A stretch of DNA of 61,108 nt, filler included, from Piptocephalis cylindrospora (taxonomy: Eukaryota): NCBI GenBank assembly GCA_003614145.1. It is 2 parts of 2 records of this genome, joined end to end, with 100 filler letters (N's around TTAATTAATTAA, not from the genome) between each part and the next. Parts side by side here need not be neighbours in the genome. Positions count along the whole stretch, not along the records: positions 30,728 to 61,108 come from KZ987755.1; 1 more part is not named here. One strand, written 5' to 3'. Positions 50,257 through 61,108 of the stretch are shown one piece after another; position 1 is the stretch's first letter, and the number at the start of each line of letters is the position of its first letter. The notes under the pieces are model-generated. The model had not been told where the DNA came from, made no database searches, and was given only the letters and a program-made list of their open reading frames with translations. The translations under genes and the position numbers were made by a program.

Positions 50257-51873
50257 CTACTGTACCGAAAGACCTTCACTGATGAGGTTGATGTACTCGG
50301 TTAAGGCATGAGTCAGCTGATATATGCATGACTCGACGTATTGGGATCGATTTGGACAGATCATTTGAGTGATTTGAGAGAAGCCGGTTTTGGCACTGAG
50401 ATCACTGGGATCAGCTAAGAAAAGACGACGAAGGATGTGGAGAATGATATTCCATGGAGTCATGAGAAATTCCCGAAATGCGGTGCTGATATCGTACTCA
50501 TTGGCATATCGATTTAGTGCATGGTAATACGTTGTCTCATCTTTTGCATCGGCAGGATAAGCGGCACGGAAATCAAAAGCATCAATCTGAAGTCCACGAA
50601 TCCCTCCACGTCCATTATACTCGACTTTGGCTATAGTCATCAGACGGGTAAGGGCTTGGGGAAAAGCGCGCTTAGCCCAATTGAGAGTGCCCTTGAGCTC
50701 GGTGTCCATATCAGTATGGTGTCCCAGATGATCAAACATGGTGAGAACCAAGTCGATGAGGCGGTTGTAGCGGGTGATGGTAGGAGTCATATTCTTCTTG
50801 TCTTTGGGAGAGTAGAATACGGGAAGACGGTAGGGTCTAGAGGTACCCTCATCACCTATGCCCACACCACGCAGATGAAGGATATGAATGAGGGTACGAA
50901 GATAGAGCATGAGGTCATTTGGGAGGTCAAAAATAAGATTGACGGCGCATTCTTCACTGAGACCTCCGCACGAGGTAGGCGGATCATTCCTGTCCTTCCA
51001 TAAACCAAGGTTAGGATGCCAGAGAAGAGCTCTGGAGCGGATTTCTTTCCACTTGCTAAGGGGGATGTTCCTTTTGTTGCTGAGGTCGACGATGATGGAT
51101 CGTTGGACCATGCGGACATCAAAGAGATTAACTAGGGTTTCAGAGCGCTGGTTCCGAAGCTTCAGGTGGAATGCACATAGAGTGGTCCAGTACCATCCGT
51201 ATAGTTTATAAGAGAAGCGGCGCGGGCTTGCAGGGACGCCATCATTTAGGCGATGGTAACAGAAATTATCGAGATCGGCAGGGGTATGATCGGACGCGAA
51301 AGCTTTGATAGCCGTGGAGAAAGATATATGTGATGGGTTAGGTTGACCTTCTCCAAGCTCAAAGCGGATGGCGGAAAAGATGCTGACTAAGTACTCAGCT
51401 TTATATTTGGGGTCGATATGGATCGGTATGGGGCGGTGATCTTTACCCCATATTGGAAGAGCAGCACTTGCACTAGGAGGAGGGTGGGAACCCCAGTACC
51501 TATGTACATTCCCATTCCCAGTGATAGTGGGACGAGGCCTATTCGTGTGAGTCGAACGACTAGGACGATGTGGAACAGTAAGGGTGGGCAAGGAGGAGGC
51601 TGGTAGGGAACCCCCATTGTGGGATAAGCCAGAGTGGTCGTTGAAGGCGCGATCATTGGAAGCAGTACGATCGTGGGATAGGATACGGTGAGGGGAAGCG
51701 CTGCGATCAGGGAGGGTGTTGTGGCCGTGGGAAGTGGCACGCTTCGGAGTGTGATTATCGTAGGCCAGGGAAGGGGTGGATAGAAGGGCGCTGAGTAGCA
51801 ACGAGGTGAGTAGCAATGAGGTTAGCAATGGGGTTAGGATACAGGAAAGGGCGTAAGGATTAGGTAGAAGCAT
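50257..51873 (-). CDS. Secreted protein (538 aa), unknown family
   Basis: Long hydrophobic signal ending SLA, His/Ser/Arg-rich linker, then a roughly 380-aa globular-looking region. TATAAAAG on the minus strand near 52065-52072. Confidence 0.75.
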   Translation of the reverse strand: MLLPNPYALSCILTPLLTSLLLTSLLLSALLSTPSLAYDNHTPKRATSHGHNTLPDRSASPHRILSHDRTASNDRAFNDHSGLSHNGGSLPASSLPTLTVPHRPSRSTHTNRPRPTITGNGNVHRYWGSHPPPSASAALPIWGKDHRPIPIHIDPKYKAEYLVSIFSAIRFELGEGQPNPSHISFSTAIKAFASDHTPADLDNFCYHRLNDGVPASPRRFSYKLYGWYWTTLCAFHLKLRNQRSETLVNLFDVRMVQRSIIVDLSNKRNIPLSKWKEIRSRALLWHPNLGLWKDRNDPPTSCGGLSEECAVNLIFDLPNDLMLYLRTLIHILHLRGVGIGDEGTSRPYRLPVFYSPKDKKNMTPTITRYNRLIDLVLTMFDHLGHHTDMDTELKGTLNWAKRAFPQALTRLMTIAKVEYNGRGGIRGLQIDAFDFRAAYPADAKDETTYYHALNRYANEYDISTAFREFLMTPWNIILHILRRLFLADPSDLSAKTGFSQITQMICPNRSQYVESCIYQLTHALTEYINLISEGLSVQ

Positions 51874-52985
51874 GGTGGTGGATAGGGCGTTAATGAGAAA
51901 AAAAAATTAAATAGACGTGAAGGAAAGATGAAGTGGCGTAGAGATTCGCGTTAAAGAAGGAGGAAGAGAGGAGAGAGTACTCAGGAAGATGCGTTGAGAG
52001 GGTGAGGGCTGCGGGTGGAAGGGAAGGGTGCGGGATGGATGGATGATTCATGAGAGCGCGTCAACTTTTATAAGTGGCAGGGCAATTGAGTCCCTGTTAG
52101 CCTTCCCACCGCTTCAATTGACTGGTCCAAGTGGGGGAGGGAAAGAACAGGGACTAAGCAATGGTCACATTCCTCTTCTATTCTTCAAGCATGAAGCACG
52201 GGAATAAAGTTTCTAGGCCTCTTTTCTCCTTCTCCTCCGCTTAGTTCCCTATGGGAAAGATTCACACATGGCAAGAAAAATAGGGTAAGTCTTTGTGCAA
52301 TGGGCATGCGCTAGAAAAACGCGAGCTAGCACTGTGGGATTCACATGCCCTGGATAACTCGCAGCGGAGATGACAGGAAACCAACGCCAGATGCCACACA
52401 AACGAATTCATCTGATGAGAGGAAGGTAAAGCCTTTTCAATAGGTAAGATGGAGAGCAGGGGTTGAGAACAGATGAACAAATGCGGCCAGGGCGCGGCCT
52501 TGATCTGGCATAAGATATCTATGCCGTTAAATAGACATAGCGCAGGGTGAATCAGAGGTGCTTCACCGGTCAAAGGTAATCTGGCCCATCCATCTAGACG
52601 CGTGGCGGAAATAGCGGGGACGAAGAGAGTGAGGATCGGGTCTCTCTGTCTACCCCTCTCCTTCTACTGAGCCATCTAGCCCTGAACACTTATAGTCTAA
52701 ATGAGTCCTATCTTCCCATTGTTCCACCACACCATCCGAGCGCGAAAGCACAGGGTCTTGACTGCACAAGAAGATACCCAATGGCCTAGAGAAAAAAGCA
52801 GGGGGACCCGCCTAACAGTAGCATTTCCAGATGAGAATCCTAACAGCAGTAATATCCAAGGAGATGCCAAGAAAAGTACACGGCCCTTTTCATCCCTCTG
52901 GAAAGGAAACTTGAAAGATAGATGCAACGCCGCGTCTAATTGACCTGAATTTTCCTTCTCCATTCAAACACACCATGCCATCCCA

Positions 52986-53855
52986 TTAGGATTCACGAGA
53001 AGAGGAGGGAGGTTCGGCAGGACGAAACTCTCCTTGGAAGATGTGTCCTTGAGAGGAGGATTCTAGAGGCTGGGATGGATCTTTGGGACCCAGTGGGATT
53101 TCCTCGACAAGGCCATCTCTGTGCCACTGGATCTGCAAGGCTTGAAGGGTGGGGATCCCATCCTCCCCACTCTCATCAATCTCTCCTTGAGCCATTATGG
53201 TCCCGGTCTCATAGGGGCCCTCCAAGTCAAAGCGAAGGATCATCGTCGAGGACTCCCGGAGACGTCCATTCTCCCGCACCGTCGTACGACCAGAAGCAAC
53301 GGAGAGTGGAGGAGAGAATCGAAGAGAGGTACTTTCATCCACCCCCCTACCTACCCGCATCCTCGTACCCAGATCTAGGGAGGCCTTCTGGGTCTGTCTG
53401 ACGGCCTGCTCATACAGAAGGTTCTGGGTACGAGTTGAGATGGAGGAAGCGCTGAAGAGGTTGTCCCACAGGGTCTTGGCAACCCGAGGATCCTGGAAGG
53501 GGAGACCAGCGGAGCCAGGGGATCCAAAGGTCCGTTGGAGGAAGCGATACCCCATAAAGCCCATGCCAGCAACGAGCAGAGTGACCAAGAGAGGGGGTAA
53601 AAGTACCAGACCCACCACGGATACGGTAGTCACAGCAAGGATCGGTTTCCATAGGCCAGGTGGGCCTCCCGGTGACCGGGGGTATCCAGGAAAGTGACTG
53701 AGGGCTCGACTGGATAGGGTAGTCAAGGTGGTGGGACGAGCAAGAGGATGCAGTGTCCTTGGCAGTGTCGAGCGGGCGAGAAGGGGCGTTGACCGTGTAA
53801 GCGGGGCGAGTTTTAAACCTGCCCTCTTCAACGCTGTTAATGTATATGGGGGCAT
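52986..53855 (-). CDS. Probable mitochondrial inner-membrane protein (presequence, TM region, C-terminal domain, possibly Coa1/Tim21-like)
   Basis: Arg/Leu/Thr-rich N-terminus without acidic residues; hydrophobic ILAVTTVSVVGLVLLPPLLVTLLVAGMGFMGY; C-terminal FDLEGPYETGTI...LQIQW. Divergent from AFG1. Confidence 0.65.
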   Translation of the reverse strand: MPPYTLTALKRAGLKLAPLTRSTPLLARSTLPRTLHPLARPTTLTTLSSRALSHFPGYPRSPGGPPGLWKPILAVTTVSVVGLVLLPPLLVTLLVAGMGFMGYRFLQRTFGSPGSAGLPFQDPRVAKTLWDNLFSASSISTRTQNLLYEQAVRQTQKASLDLGTRMRVGRGVDESTSLRFSPPLSVASGRTTVRENGRLRESSTMILRFDLEGPYETGTIMAQGEIDESGEDGIPTLQALQIQWHRDGLVEEIPLGPKDPSQPLESSSQGHIFQGEFRPAEPPSSSRES

Positions 53856-54346
53856 TGGAGAAGGGAGAAGGGGAGGGGGATGAAGTGAAGTGGAGTAGAG
53901 TAGAATAGAGCAGAATGAAACAGATGGAGGGTGGATGCGTATCCCATCATCCCCTGTCCACACAGGCATCGTTACCTTATAAACTGTTCCAAAAGGCGGT
54001 CGATCTGTGCAAGGTCATCCAGATTCTAGGCCTCAGTCTTCCTGGTCATATTGTTTGTAGGCTCCTTGTTTTTCCTTGGCAACAAGAATTCACCTTGCCG
54101 AGGGATCCCGCGTCTAAGCCTCTGCTCGGGAAATGAAATGCCTACCTCCCCCCACCCCCACAACGCACCACATCGCCCAATTCCCCGTGGTGAGCCGCTT
54201 TGGGAGATCCTGAGGCACGAGGTGTGGGGAGGAGCCCTACTTGAGCTCATCCCTCTCGATAGAGCTCCAGTCATACTTTCTTTCTTCCTATCGCTCACAC
54301 ATACATCTTCCTCTCCCATCAGCTGGACTAGAACATATTATTCCTA

Positions 54347-55839
54347 ATGCTTCGACTAGCCCTCGGTCGAATGGCGGGCTTCCCCCGTCCAGTCCTCACT
54401 GCCTACACTGTTCGGATCCATCCGGGAAGACGCTGTACCCACACCACCGCCCAGACCCCCTTAGCTCCCCCCTCCCCCTCCCGGGTCAACGGTGCTTTGT
54501 ACGCTTATGCAGAAAAGGTCCAGTCCAAGGAGTGTCGAGATGACCCGCATCAAAGAAGTATCGTCCGCGTCCTGGATGAACTGCAGCAGGAAGTTCTTGG
54601 GTACACCGATCGGATAAAGACCACGGAATCCTCCCCGACTCTAGCAGAGGCTCAAAACCCATCCTTCCTCTCCCGACTATTTGGAGCCAAGGCCTCGGAA
54701 AGGGCCACTGGACTTCCCAGCCCTCCCAAGGGGCTGTACATCCATGGGAGCGTTGGAACAGGCAAAACCATGCTGATGAACCTCTTTCACGATTCCCTGC
54801 CCTCAAGCACACCAAAACGACGTGTCCACTTTCACGTCTTCATGCAGGACATCCATCGAAGGATCCAAGCCCTGCGGGAATCCCATGGAGGATCCATCGA
54901 TGCCATCCCCGTCATCGCGGACGACCTGGCCCGCGAAGCGTGGATCCTGTGTTTTGACGAGTTCCAGGTGACCGACATTGCCGATGCCATGATCCTTCGT
55001 CGTCTCTTCCATCAGCTCTTCGACCGTGGCATTGTCATGGTCGCCACCTCCAATCGTCATCCAGACTCGTTGTATGAAAATGGCATTCAACGTTCCAGCT
55101 TTCTCCCATGTATCCAGGCCCTCAAGGATCATTGCCGTGTTCTCGATCTGGATTCAGGCATTGATTATCGTCAAGAGGGCCCCGGAGCGGTTGATACCCA
55201 CCACCTCCCTCTCTACTTTCTGATTTCCCAGGGCTCCCAAGTTGATCAAGCCTTTGAAGCCATGTACGACAGTGCTCTGGGGAGGGAAGGAGAGGAAAGG
55301 GAGCCCGAAGTCCCCCGTACCTTTACCCTGCTCGGCCGCTCCCTTACCGTCCATAGGTCTACGGCATCGGGTGTCGCCCGTTTCACGTTCTCTGATCTGT
55401 GTGGTCAACCGCTAAGCGCGGCGGATTACTTTGAATTGGCCCAGCACTATCGTGTCATCTTCCTCGAGGAAATCCCCCAGATGGATCAGCTTCTGAGAAA
55501 TGAGGCCCGTCGCTTCATCACCCTCCTGGATGCCCTGTACGAACAGCGTATCCCCCTTGTCTGCACCTCCACCATCCCTCTCAAGGAGCTCTTTGTCCTT
55601 CGTGACCCTTCCAAGGGTGAGATTGATCAAATGGCTTCGGTGGATCGAATGATGATGGACGATCTAGGCATCAAGGATGTAAGACCCTCTCCCCCTTTTT
55701 CGCCACCTCTCCTACTCACTTATTACACGTGTACCATACCCTATAGGATAAAAGCCCTCTGTTCACAGGGCAGGAAGAGTACTTTGCTTTTCAAAGAGCC
55801 ATCAGTCGTCTCATGGAGATGCAACGATGGAAGATATGA
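54347..55839 (+). CDS. AFG1: AFG1/LACE1 mitochondrial ATPase; intron 55679-55746
   Basis: PKGLYIHGSVGTGKTMLM, LCFDEFQVTDIADAMIL, TSNR.P..LY.NG.QR, NEARRFITLLDALYE; last exon EEYFAFQRAISRLMEMQ. Confidence 0.96.
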
Positions 55840-56543
55840 TGACACCCTGTGTACACCATGCATCATCAATACAAGGACAGGCTTTGCCTTCTAGAATGTC
55901 CAATGAGAATTGAAACAGGTTTGGCCATCCTAATCATCCTAGAGAATAATTCTAGAGGATTATGCGTATTCTTCTTCTATGCTGACCACCATAGCCATAA
56001 CCACCGATCACCAGCTCAATCTTTGATCATTCTTCACAAAGCCCAATCTCACATGTCATCCTCCCCCCATTGAAAACTTGCCCCTACCCACGCAATATAT
56101 TATGCTAGGTACTCTAGGTGGGGCCTTTTTAGTATGCAAGTGTGTGGGCCGCACTTTGACCTCCCCCCGCTCCCCTCACGTCCCCTCGGCTCCAGCAAAC
56201 TCCGATGATGTCGGCTCTAGTAGGAGATACCCCACATACTCCCTTCCCCACACACACACCTAGCGGCCTTACTCCATCAATCACGTGTAGTGCGAGTCGT
56301 CATATTGTGTTGGCGTAGCTGACAGTGGAGGATTGGGGGGAGGGGGAGATCCATAGAGTCTCTCCCCCCCGCTCGACCCTCTCTCCCACCCTCCCATTGC
56401 CCTAGGTCGGAAACATATAAATTCACCCACATTCACGCACACGTCTCCCACCCATGGTCACTCCCACACTCCCCTCATCCTTCTCTTCTCTCTCCTCATC
56501 CTTCCCTCCCTTCCCCTGTCCAGCTCCAATTCTCTCATCCACT

Positions 56544-58228
56544 ATGCCTGAGACGCAAAACTTCACAGAGGCTCAAGTGGCCGAACACAACTCAGAGTCC
56601 GACTGCTGGATCATTGTCCATGGAAAAGTGTACGACGTCACCTCCTTCCTCTCCGAGCATCCCGGAGGGAAAAAGGTCATCCTCAAGGCCGCTGGCACTG
56701 ATGCTACCAAGCAATTTGATGCCTTTCACAGTGGCGCCATCCTTGAGCAATACGGGCCCAAGCTAGTCATCGGCACCCTGGGTCAGCCTGAGGCTTCCGA
56801 TACCGATAAGGCGGCTAAAGAGGAGGTGGTCGACCCCAATGATACTTCAGCCCCCTTTGGCGACCTCATCCCCTACTCTGATCCTTCCTGGTACCAGGGA
56901 TGGGAGAGCCCCTATTATGGACCGAGCCATCGGGCTCTTCGTGCCAAGATCCGTGCTTTTGTCGATGCCGAGATCACCCCCTTCTGCCACGAGTGGGACG
57001 AGGCTAAACAGGTCCCTCGTCAGCTCTTTGTCAAGTGTGCCGAGCAGAACATTCTCGCCGCCATCACCGGCGCCGGTGCTGAAAAATACTCCCCTAGCGC
57101 TACCCTTATGGGCGCTCTTCCCATCCAGGAGATGGACGCCTTCCACGAGTTCATCATCGGAGACGAGCTTTCTCGTTGCGGTTCCGGCGGTGTCTTATGG
57201 GGTCTATGCGGTGGTCTTGGCATCGGCCTGCCCCCCATCCTCAACTTTGCCTCAGAGGTCCTCAAGAGTCGTGTTCTCCCCGAGTGCCTCTCCGGCCGTA
57301 AGACCATCTGCCTTGCCATCACTGAACCCTACGCTGGAAGTGATGTCGCTAACATCAAGTGCGAGGCCAGGGAGACCCCAGATGGTGAGCACTACATTGT
57401 CAACGGAGAGAAAAAGTGGATTACCAACGGTGTCTTTGCCGACTATTTCACCGTCGCCGTCCGCACTGGCGGGGAGGGCATGGAAGGCATCTCTCTTCTC
57501 CTTCTCGAACGTGGCATGCCCGGCCTCAAGACCCGCCAAATGAAGTGCTCCGGCGTCTGGTCCTCCGGCACAGCCTACATCACGTTTGAGGATGTCAAGG
57601 TTCCCAAATCCAATCTCGTTGGTCAGGAGAACAAGGGTTTCAAGTGCATCATGTACAACTTTAACCACGAGCGCCTTGCCATCGTCAGTAAGTACATCTT
57701 TCCTCTTTTTCTCAATTTCCCTCCATTTTATCCTCCCATTCACCCTTCCTCCTCCTTCTCCTCCTTTTCGCCATAGCTCAAGCAACTCGGTTCTCTAGAG
57801 TCTGCCTGGAAGACGCCATGACCTATGCTCACAAGAGGAGGACCTTTGGGAAAAAGCTCGTAGAACACCAGGTCATCCGGCACAAGCTGGGCAACATGGC
57901 TAGAAAGATCGAGGCCACCCATTCCTGGATGGAATCCATTCTCTACCAGGCCACCCGTATGTCCCAACAAGAGCAGATGCTCAAACTAGGTGGCCCTATT
58001 GCCCTTCTCAAGGTTCAGTCTACCCAGGTATTCGAATACTGTGCCCGTGAGGCCTCCCAAATCTTCGGGGGTCTCTCCTACTCCCGTGGTGGACAAGGTG
58101 AGCGAGTCGAACGACTCTACCGGGACGTTCGGGCTTACGCCATCCCCGGAGGTAGTGAGGAGATCATGACTGAGTTGGGTGTGAAACAATCGATCAAGGT
58201 TGCTCAATTCTCCGGAGCCAAACTTTAA
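56544..58228 (+). CDS. Cytochrome b5 / acyl-CoA dehydrogenase fusion with PTS1; intron 57688-57776
   Basis: b5 motif WIIVHGKVYDVTSFLSEHPGG...DATKQFDAFH; ACAD motifs LAITEPYAGSDVA, NGEKKWITNG, FNHERL, QIFGGLSY, IPGGSEEIM; C-terminal -AKL. Confidence 0.95.
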
Positions 58229-58702
58229 GCCTTGGTGATGATCTCTCTGGACCGTTGCATGAAGAGGAGTTTATCCTGTTATTGCTACGAGATGTCCTCT
58301 AAAGCGTGCGTGAGCCGCTCCTCAATGTGAATGCATACTCTAAATTTATGTGTCTGTCCCGACCGTCTATCTCCTCCCTCCCTCTTGTTATCTCTGGGTA
58401 AAGCATACCACTATAGAACTCTTAAATTACCCTTTCGTTCAAGGAAAATCTTTCCTTCTCTTTCACAGCTCATTACCATTTCTCATGTTTCTATCCTTGA
58501 AGGTCATCCATCATCGTGTGCACGTGTGGGCTTCGTATCTGTGGGTGCGCATACTCCGCTCCATTCCTTCTTTCCTTGCCTATCCCCCTAAATAAATACT
58601 ACCCTCCCTAAGCCCCTGTCTTCCTCTACGCCTTCTTCGTTCGTCTTTCCTTCCTTTTTCACTCTCCCTTGCCCAGTTGCTCACTGCACATTGTGCTCCA
58701 TC

Positions 58703-60592
58703 ATGGAGAACTTCTCCGAGAGGCTCCGGTCCTTTAGCAATCCCCAAATCCCTTGGCCACACAATGATATTATGGCCACCCCCAGACTAGTATGTCTCTG
58801 TTGTTGTTATTGTTGTTATTCATACACCCACATCATTTTCGTCTCATCCCCCTCCCCACCTCTCAGATGGCCCTGGCGGGCTTCTTTCACAATCCTCTCC
58901 CCAAGGACAGGGATCGTGTAGAGTGTTTTCTATGTCAGCATCGCTTTGGTGGGTGGGAACCCGAGGACGATCCCTTTGCTGAGCACCTCAAGTATTCCCC
59001 AGCGTGCCCTTATGCCATCCTCGTGTGCCCTCGCCGAGGCCTCGGTCTTGATCCTCAGGAAATAGAGGAAAGTGAGGAGGTGATCCTGGAGAGACAACGT
59101 CGGAAGTCTTCCCACCGCATTGTGATCACCAACCCTGATACTGGTACTCCTCTTACTCAAGAGGAGTATGCCGAAATGTGTCGTCGTACCTTCTCATACG
59201 CATGGCCCTATAAAGAGGAAAGTGGGAGGAATGCTGATGCGATGGCCGCTGCCGGCTTCATATGGGCCCCGGGCGATGATACCCCTGATGCTGTCCTTTG
59301 TCTCTACTGTCGTCTTAGCCTCAGTAATTTTGAGCCTGATGATGATGCTTGGTAAGTGTCATGCCCTACCCTTTGGTGATCGGCCACAACTGTTAACCTA
59401 TGACTCTCATTATCCCCATTAGGGATGAACACATGAAACGATCTAGGTGGTGTCCTTACCTCAACATGTCCCACAATGGGCTAAAGCTGGATCCGAGTGC
59501 TACACCATCTCCTCCCGTCGAGGAAGATACCAAGGATATGGGTTCTGTTGCCGTTAAGAAAGATATTATACCAGAGGCTGATGTGCGGGAGGGACCTGGA
59601 GTAAAACCCACTGCTACCTCTGAGGTCATGAAGACCCCCACTCCCTCCTCAAGGTTGACCAACGAGGTAAGATTGGCCGTGTGTCTAATTTTTTATACTC
59701 TTCTTGCCTATTGACTCATTTATCCACAGAGCTTGCTTACGGCAAAGAAGAGGGATCTTAAGTTGCAGGAAAAAGATGAGGAATGGACAGAGGAAGGCAT
59801 GGTGGAGAATAATGAAGATGACGACGAGGAATGGCTGGAGAGAAAGGGCCCAGGGGGTAAAAGAGCCTCCGCCGTCACAACCACAGCCAAAAAGCGGGGT
59901 AGGAAGCCATTGGAGCACATCAAGCCTCACATCACCAAGACCCCTACTGCTAGAAGTGGAAAAGAGCATCTTCAATCACTCGCAGACCCTACCCAGCCTC
60001 CCAAGAGGAAGAGAGGTAGACCACCCAAGGCATCTAAGATAATCAAGGCTTCTCATAACAATGAGGAAAATCTGGGTCCACAGCAAGCCACCGGCACCTC
60101 CTCTACCCTGGGACCCGATCTTACCTCTCCTAGTCCCTTCCAAGCCTCTCTTTCTACTGCTTCCTCCCCCCATATCTCTCTCCTTCCCCCACCAATTTCC
60201 CATTTCTCCCCTCTTGCCTACCCTCACCAAGCTCAGTCTATCCCGTCCACTCATCCTCCTGGGCCAGTCCAGTCACACGGCACTCCATCCCTACCCTTTC
60301 CAGCTGGTAAGTCTTCTTTCATTGTCACATATAAATATGACAAAACCTGTGTAGTTCCCGGCTACGGAGATGATACTCAGGTCAATACGCTTTACTTTCT
60401 CACTCTATTCGTCCAGTAGGCTTAGCTCTCACTCCTGACGAACGAGATCTTACTGTTGAGGCCTATCTGCGAAGGTTAATCGAACGACAAGTTCAAGCCG
60501 TGAGAGCAGAAGGTGAGAGGGTGGTAGAGGAATTTCGAAGAGAGGCCGCCGCTAGAAAAACCTCTTACCTCGAGCAGTACAAACATCAATGA
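58703..60592 (+). CDS. BIR1: Bir1/survivin-like protein: two BIR domains, AT-hook-like motifs, C-terminal helix; 4 introns
   Basis: RLRSF..WP...MALAGFF...DRVECFLC...WEPEDDPFAEHLKYSPACP; second BIR AAGF...VLCLYC...DDDAWDEHMKRSRWCPY; KRKRGRPPK; final LTVEAYLRRLIERQV. Confidence 0.9.
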
Positions 60593-60689
60593 ATATATCC
60601 CATCCCTCTCCCATTGATCTCCCTCTAATGCTATTATCCTTATTATTATTATTCCTTCAGCATAGCCTTATTCCAAAAGGTAAAAAACA

Positions 60690-60762
60690 TGATCGTACCA
60701 GGGATCGAACCTGGAATCTTCCGCTCCGTAGGCGGACGCCTTATCCATTGGGCCATACGACC
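60690..60762 (-). tRNA. tRNA-Arg (ACG)
   Basis: Reverse complement GGTCGTATGGCCCAATGGATAAGGCGTCCGCCTACGGAGCGGAAGATTCCAGGTTCGATCCCTGGTACGATCA folds as a full cloverleaf, followed by a T6 terminator. Confidence 0.97.
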
Positions 60763-60822
60763 GACAATAACTGTGGTGGATGAGACCCCTAATGATGAGA
60801 GGGGCATCCCTTTAGTGCTTCA

Positions 60823-61000
60823 TGAGGAGAATCATGCTGAAGACGAAGGCCCGGACTGAGGAGAATCATGCTGAAGACGAAGGCCCGGACTGAGGAGAAT
60901 CATGCTGAAGACGAAGGCCCGGACTGAGGAGAATCATGCTGAAGACGAAGGCCCGGACTGAGGAGAATCATGCTGAAGACGAAGGCCCGGACTGAGGAGA
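60823..61000 (+). repeat. Perfect tandem array, 34-bp unit TGAGGAGAATCATGCTGAAGACGAAGGCCCGGAC x5 plus 8 nt
   Basis: Identical copies start at 60823, 60857, 60891, 60925 and 60959; no spacers. Confidence 0.95.
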
Positions 61001-61050
61001 TGAGGATGAGGTGAAGGTGCGCACATAGCGCGGAGAGTGTGCGCACAACG

Positions 61051-61053
<3 letters not shown>

Positions 61054-61107
<54 letters not shown>

Positions 61108-61108
61108 T
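61054..61108 (+). repeat. (TG)n tract at the window end
   Basis: About 25 TG units with one GGG interruption. Confidence 0.9.

Noticed and set aside
38239..58228. Functional cluster of mitochondrial and peroxisomal genes (MAM33, ACOX, BCS1-like, AFG1, b5-ACAD)
   Set aside because: They are interspersed with unrelated genes and share no clear pathway. This is plausible by chance without synteny data.
60823..61000. CRISPR-like array (34-bp repeats)
   Set aside because: The units are head-to-tail with no spacers, there are no cas genes, and the context is eukaryotic.

Overview
This is a compact, intron-containing fungal genome segment. Homocitrate synthase, Atg11, Def1 and Bir1 point to a fungus, and the gene style suggests an early-diverging lineage, possibly Zoopagomycota (inference only). 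It consists of two contigs joined by an artificial N44-TTAATTAATTAA-N44 spacer at 30628-30727. Left part: eIF2-gamma, a small secreted protein, TatD, NSE1, a Def1/UBAP2-like CUE protein, a CENP-Q-like gene, ATG11, homocitrate synthase, a degenerate tRNA, a small membrane protein, a secreted Thr-rich protein with an I9-like domain, tRNA-Trp and a Snf2/Sth1 remodeler. Right part: two paralogous 7TM receptor-like genes, small secreted proteins, MAM33, peroxisomal acyl-CoA oxidase, a decayed Sel1-repeat gene, a BCS1-like AAA ATPase, an ELYS-like nucleoporin, an orphan secreted protein, AFG1, a cytochrome b5/acyl-CoA dehydrogenase fusion, Bir1/survivin, tRNA-Arg, a 34-bp tandem array and a terminal (GT)n tract. 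Most notable are an in-frame TAG inside the otherwise intact Snf2 ATPase, a +1 frame break at a C8 run in the Def1-like gene, a tRNA-like element with intact Pol III signals but broken stems, and hidden small or decayed genes missed by the ORF track. All family calls come from motif recognition by eye; no searches were run.
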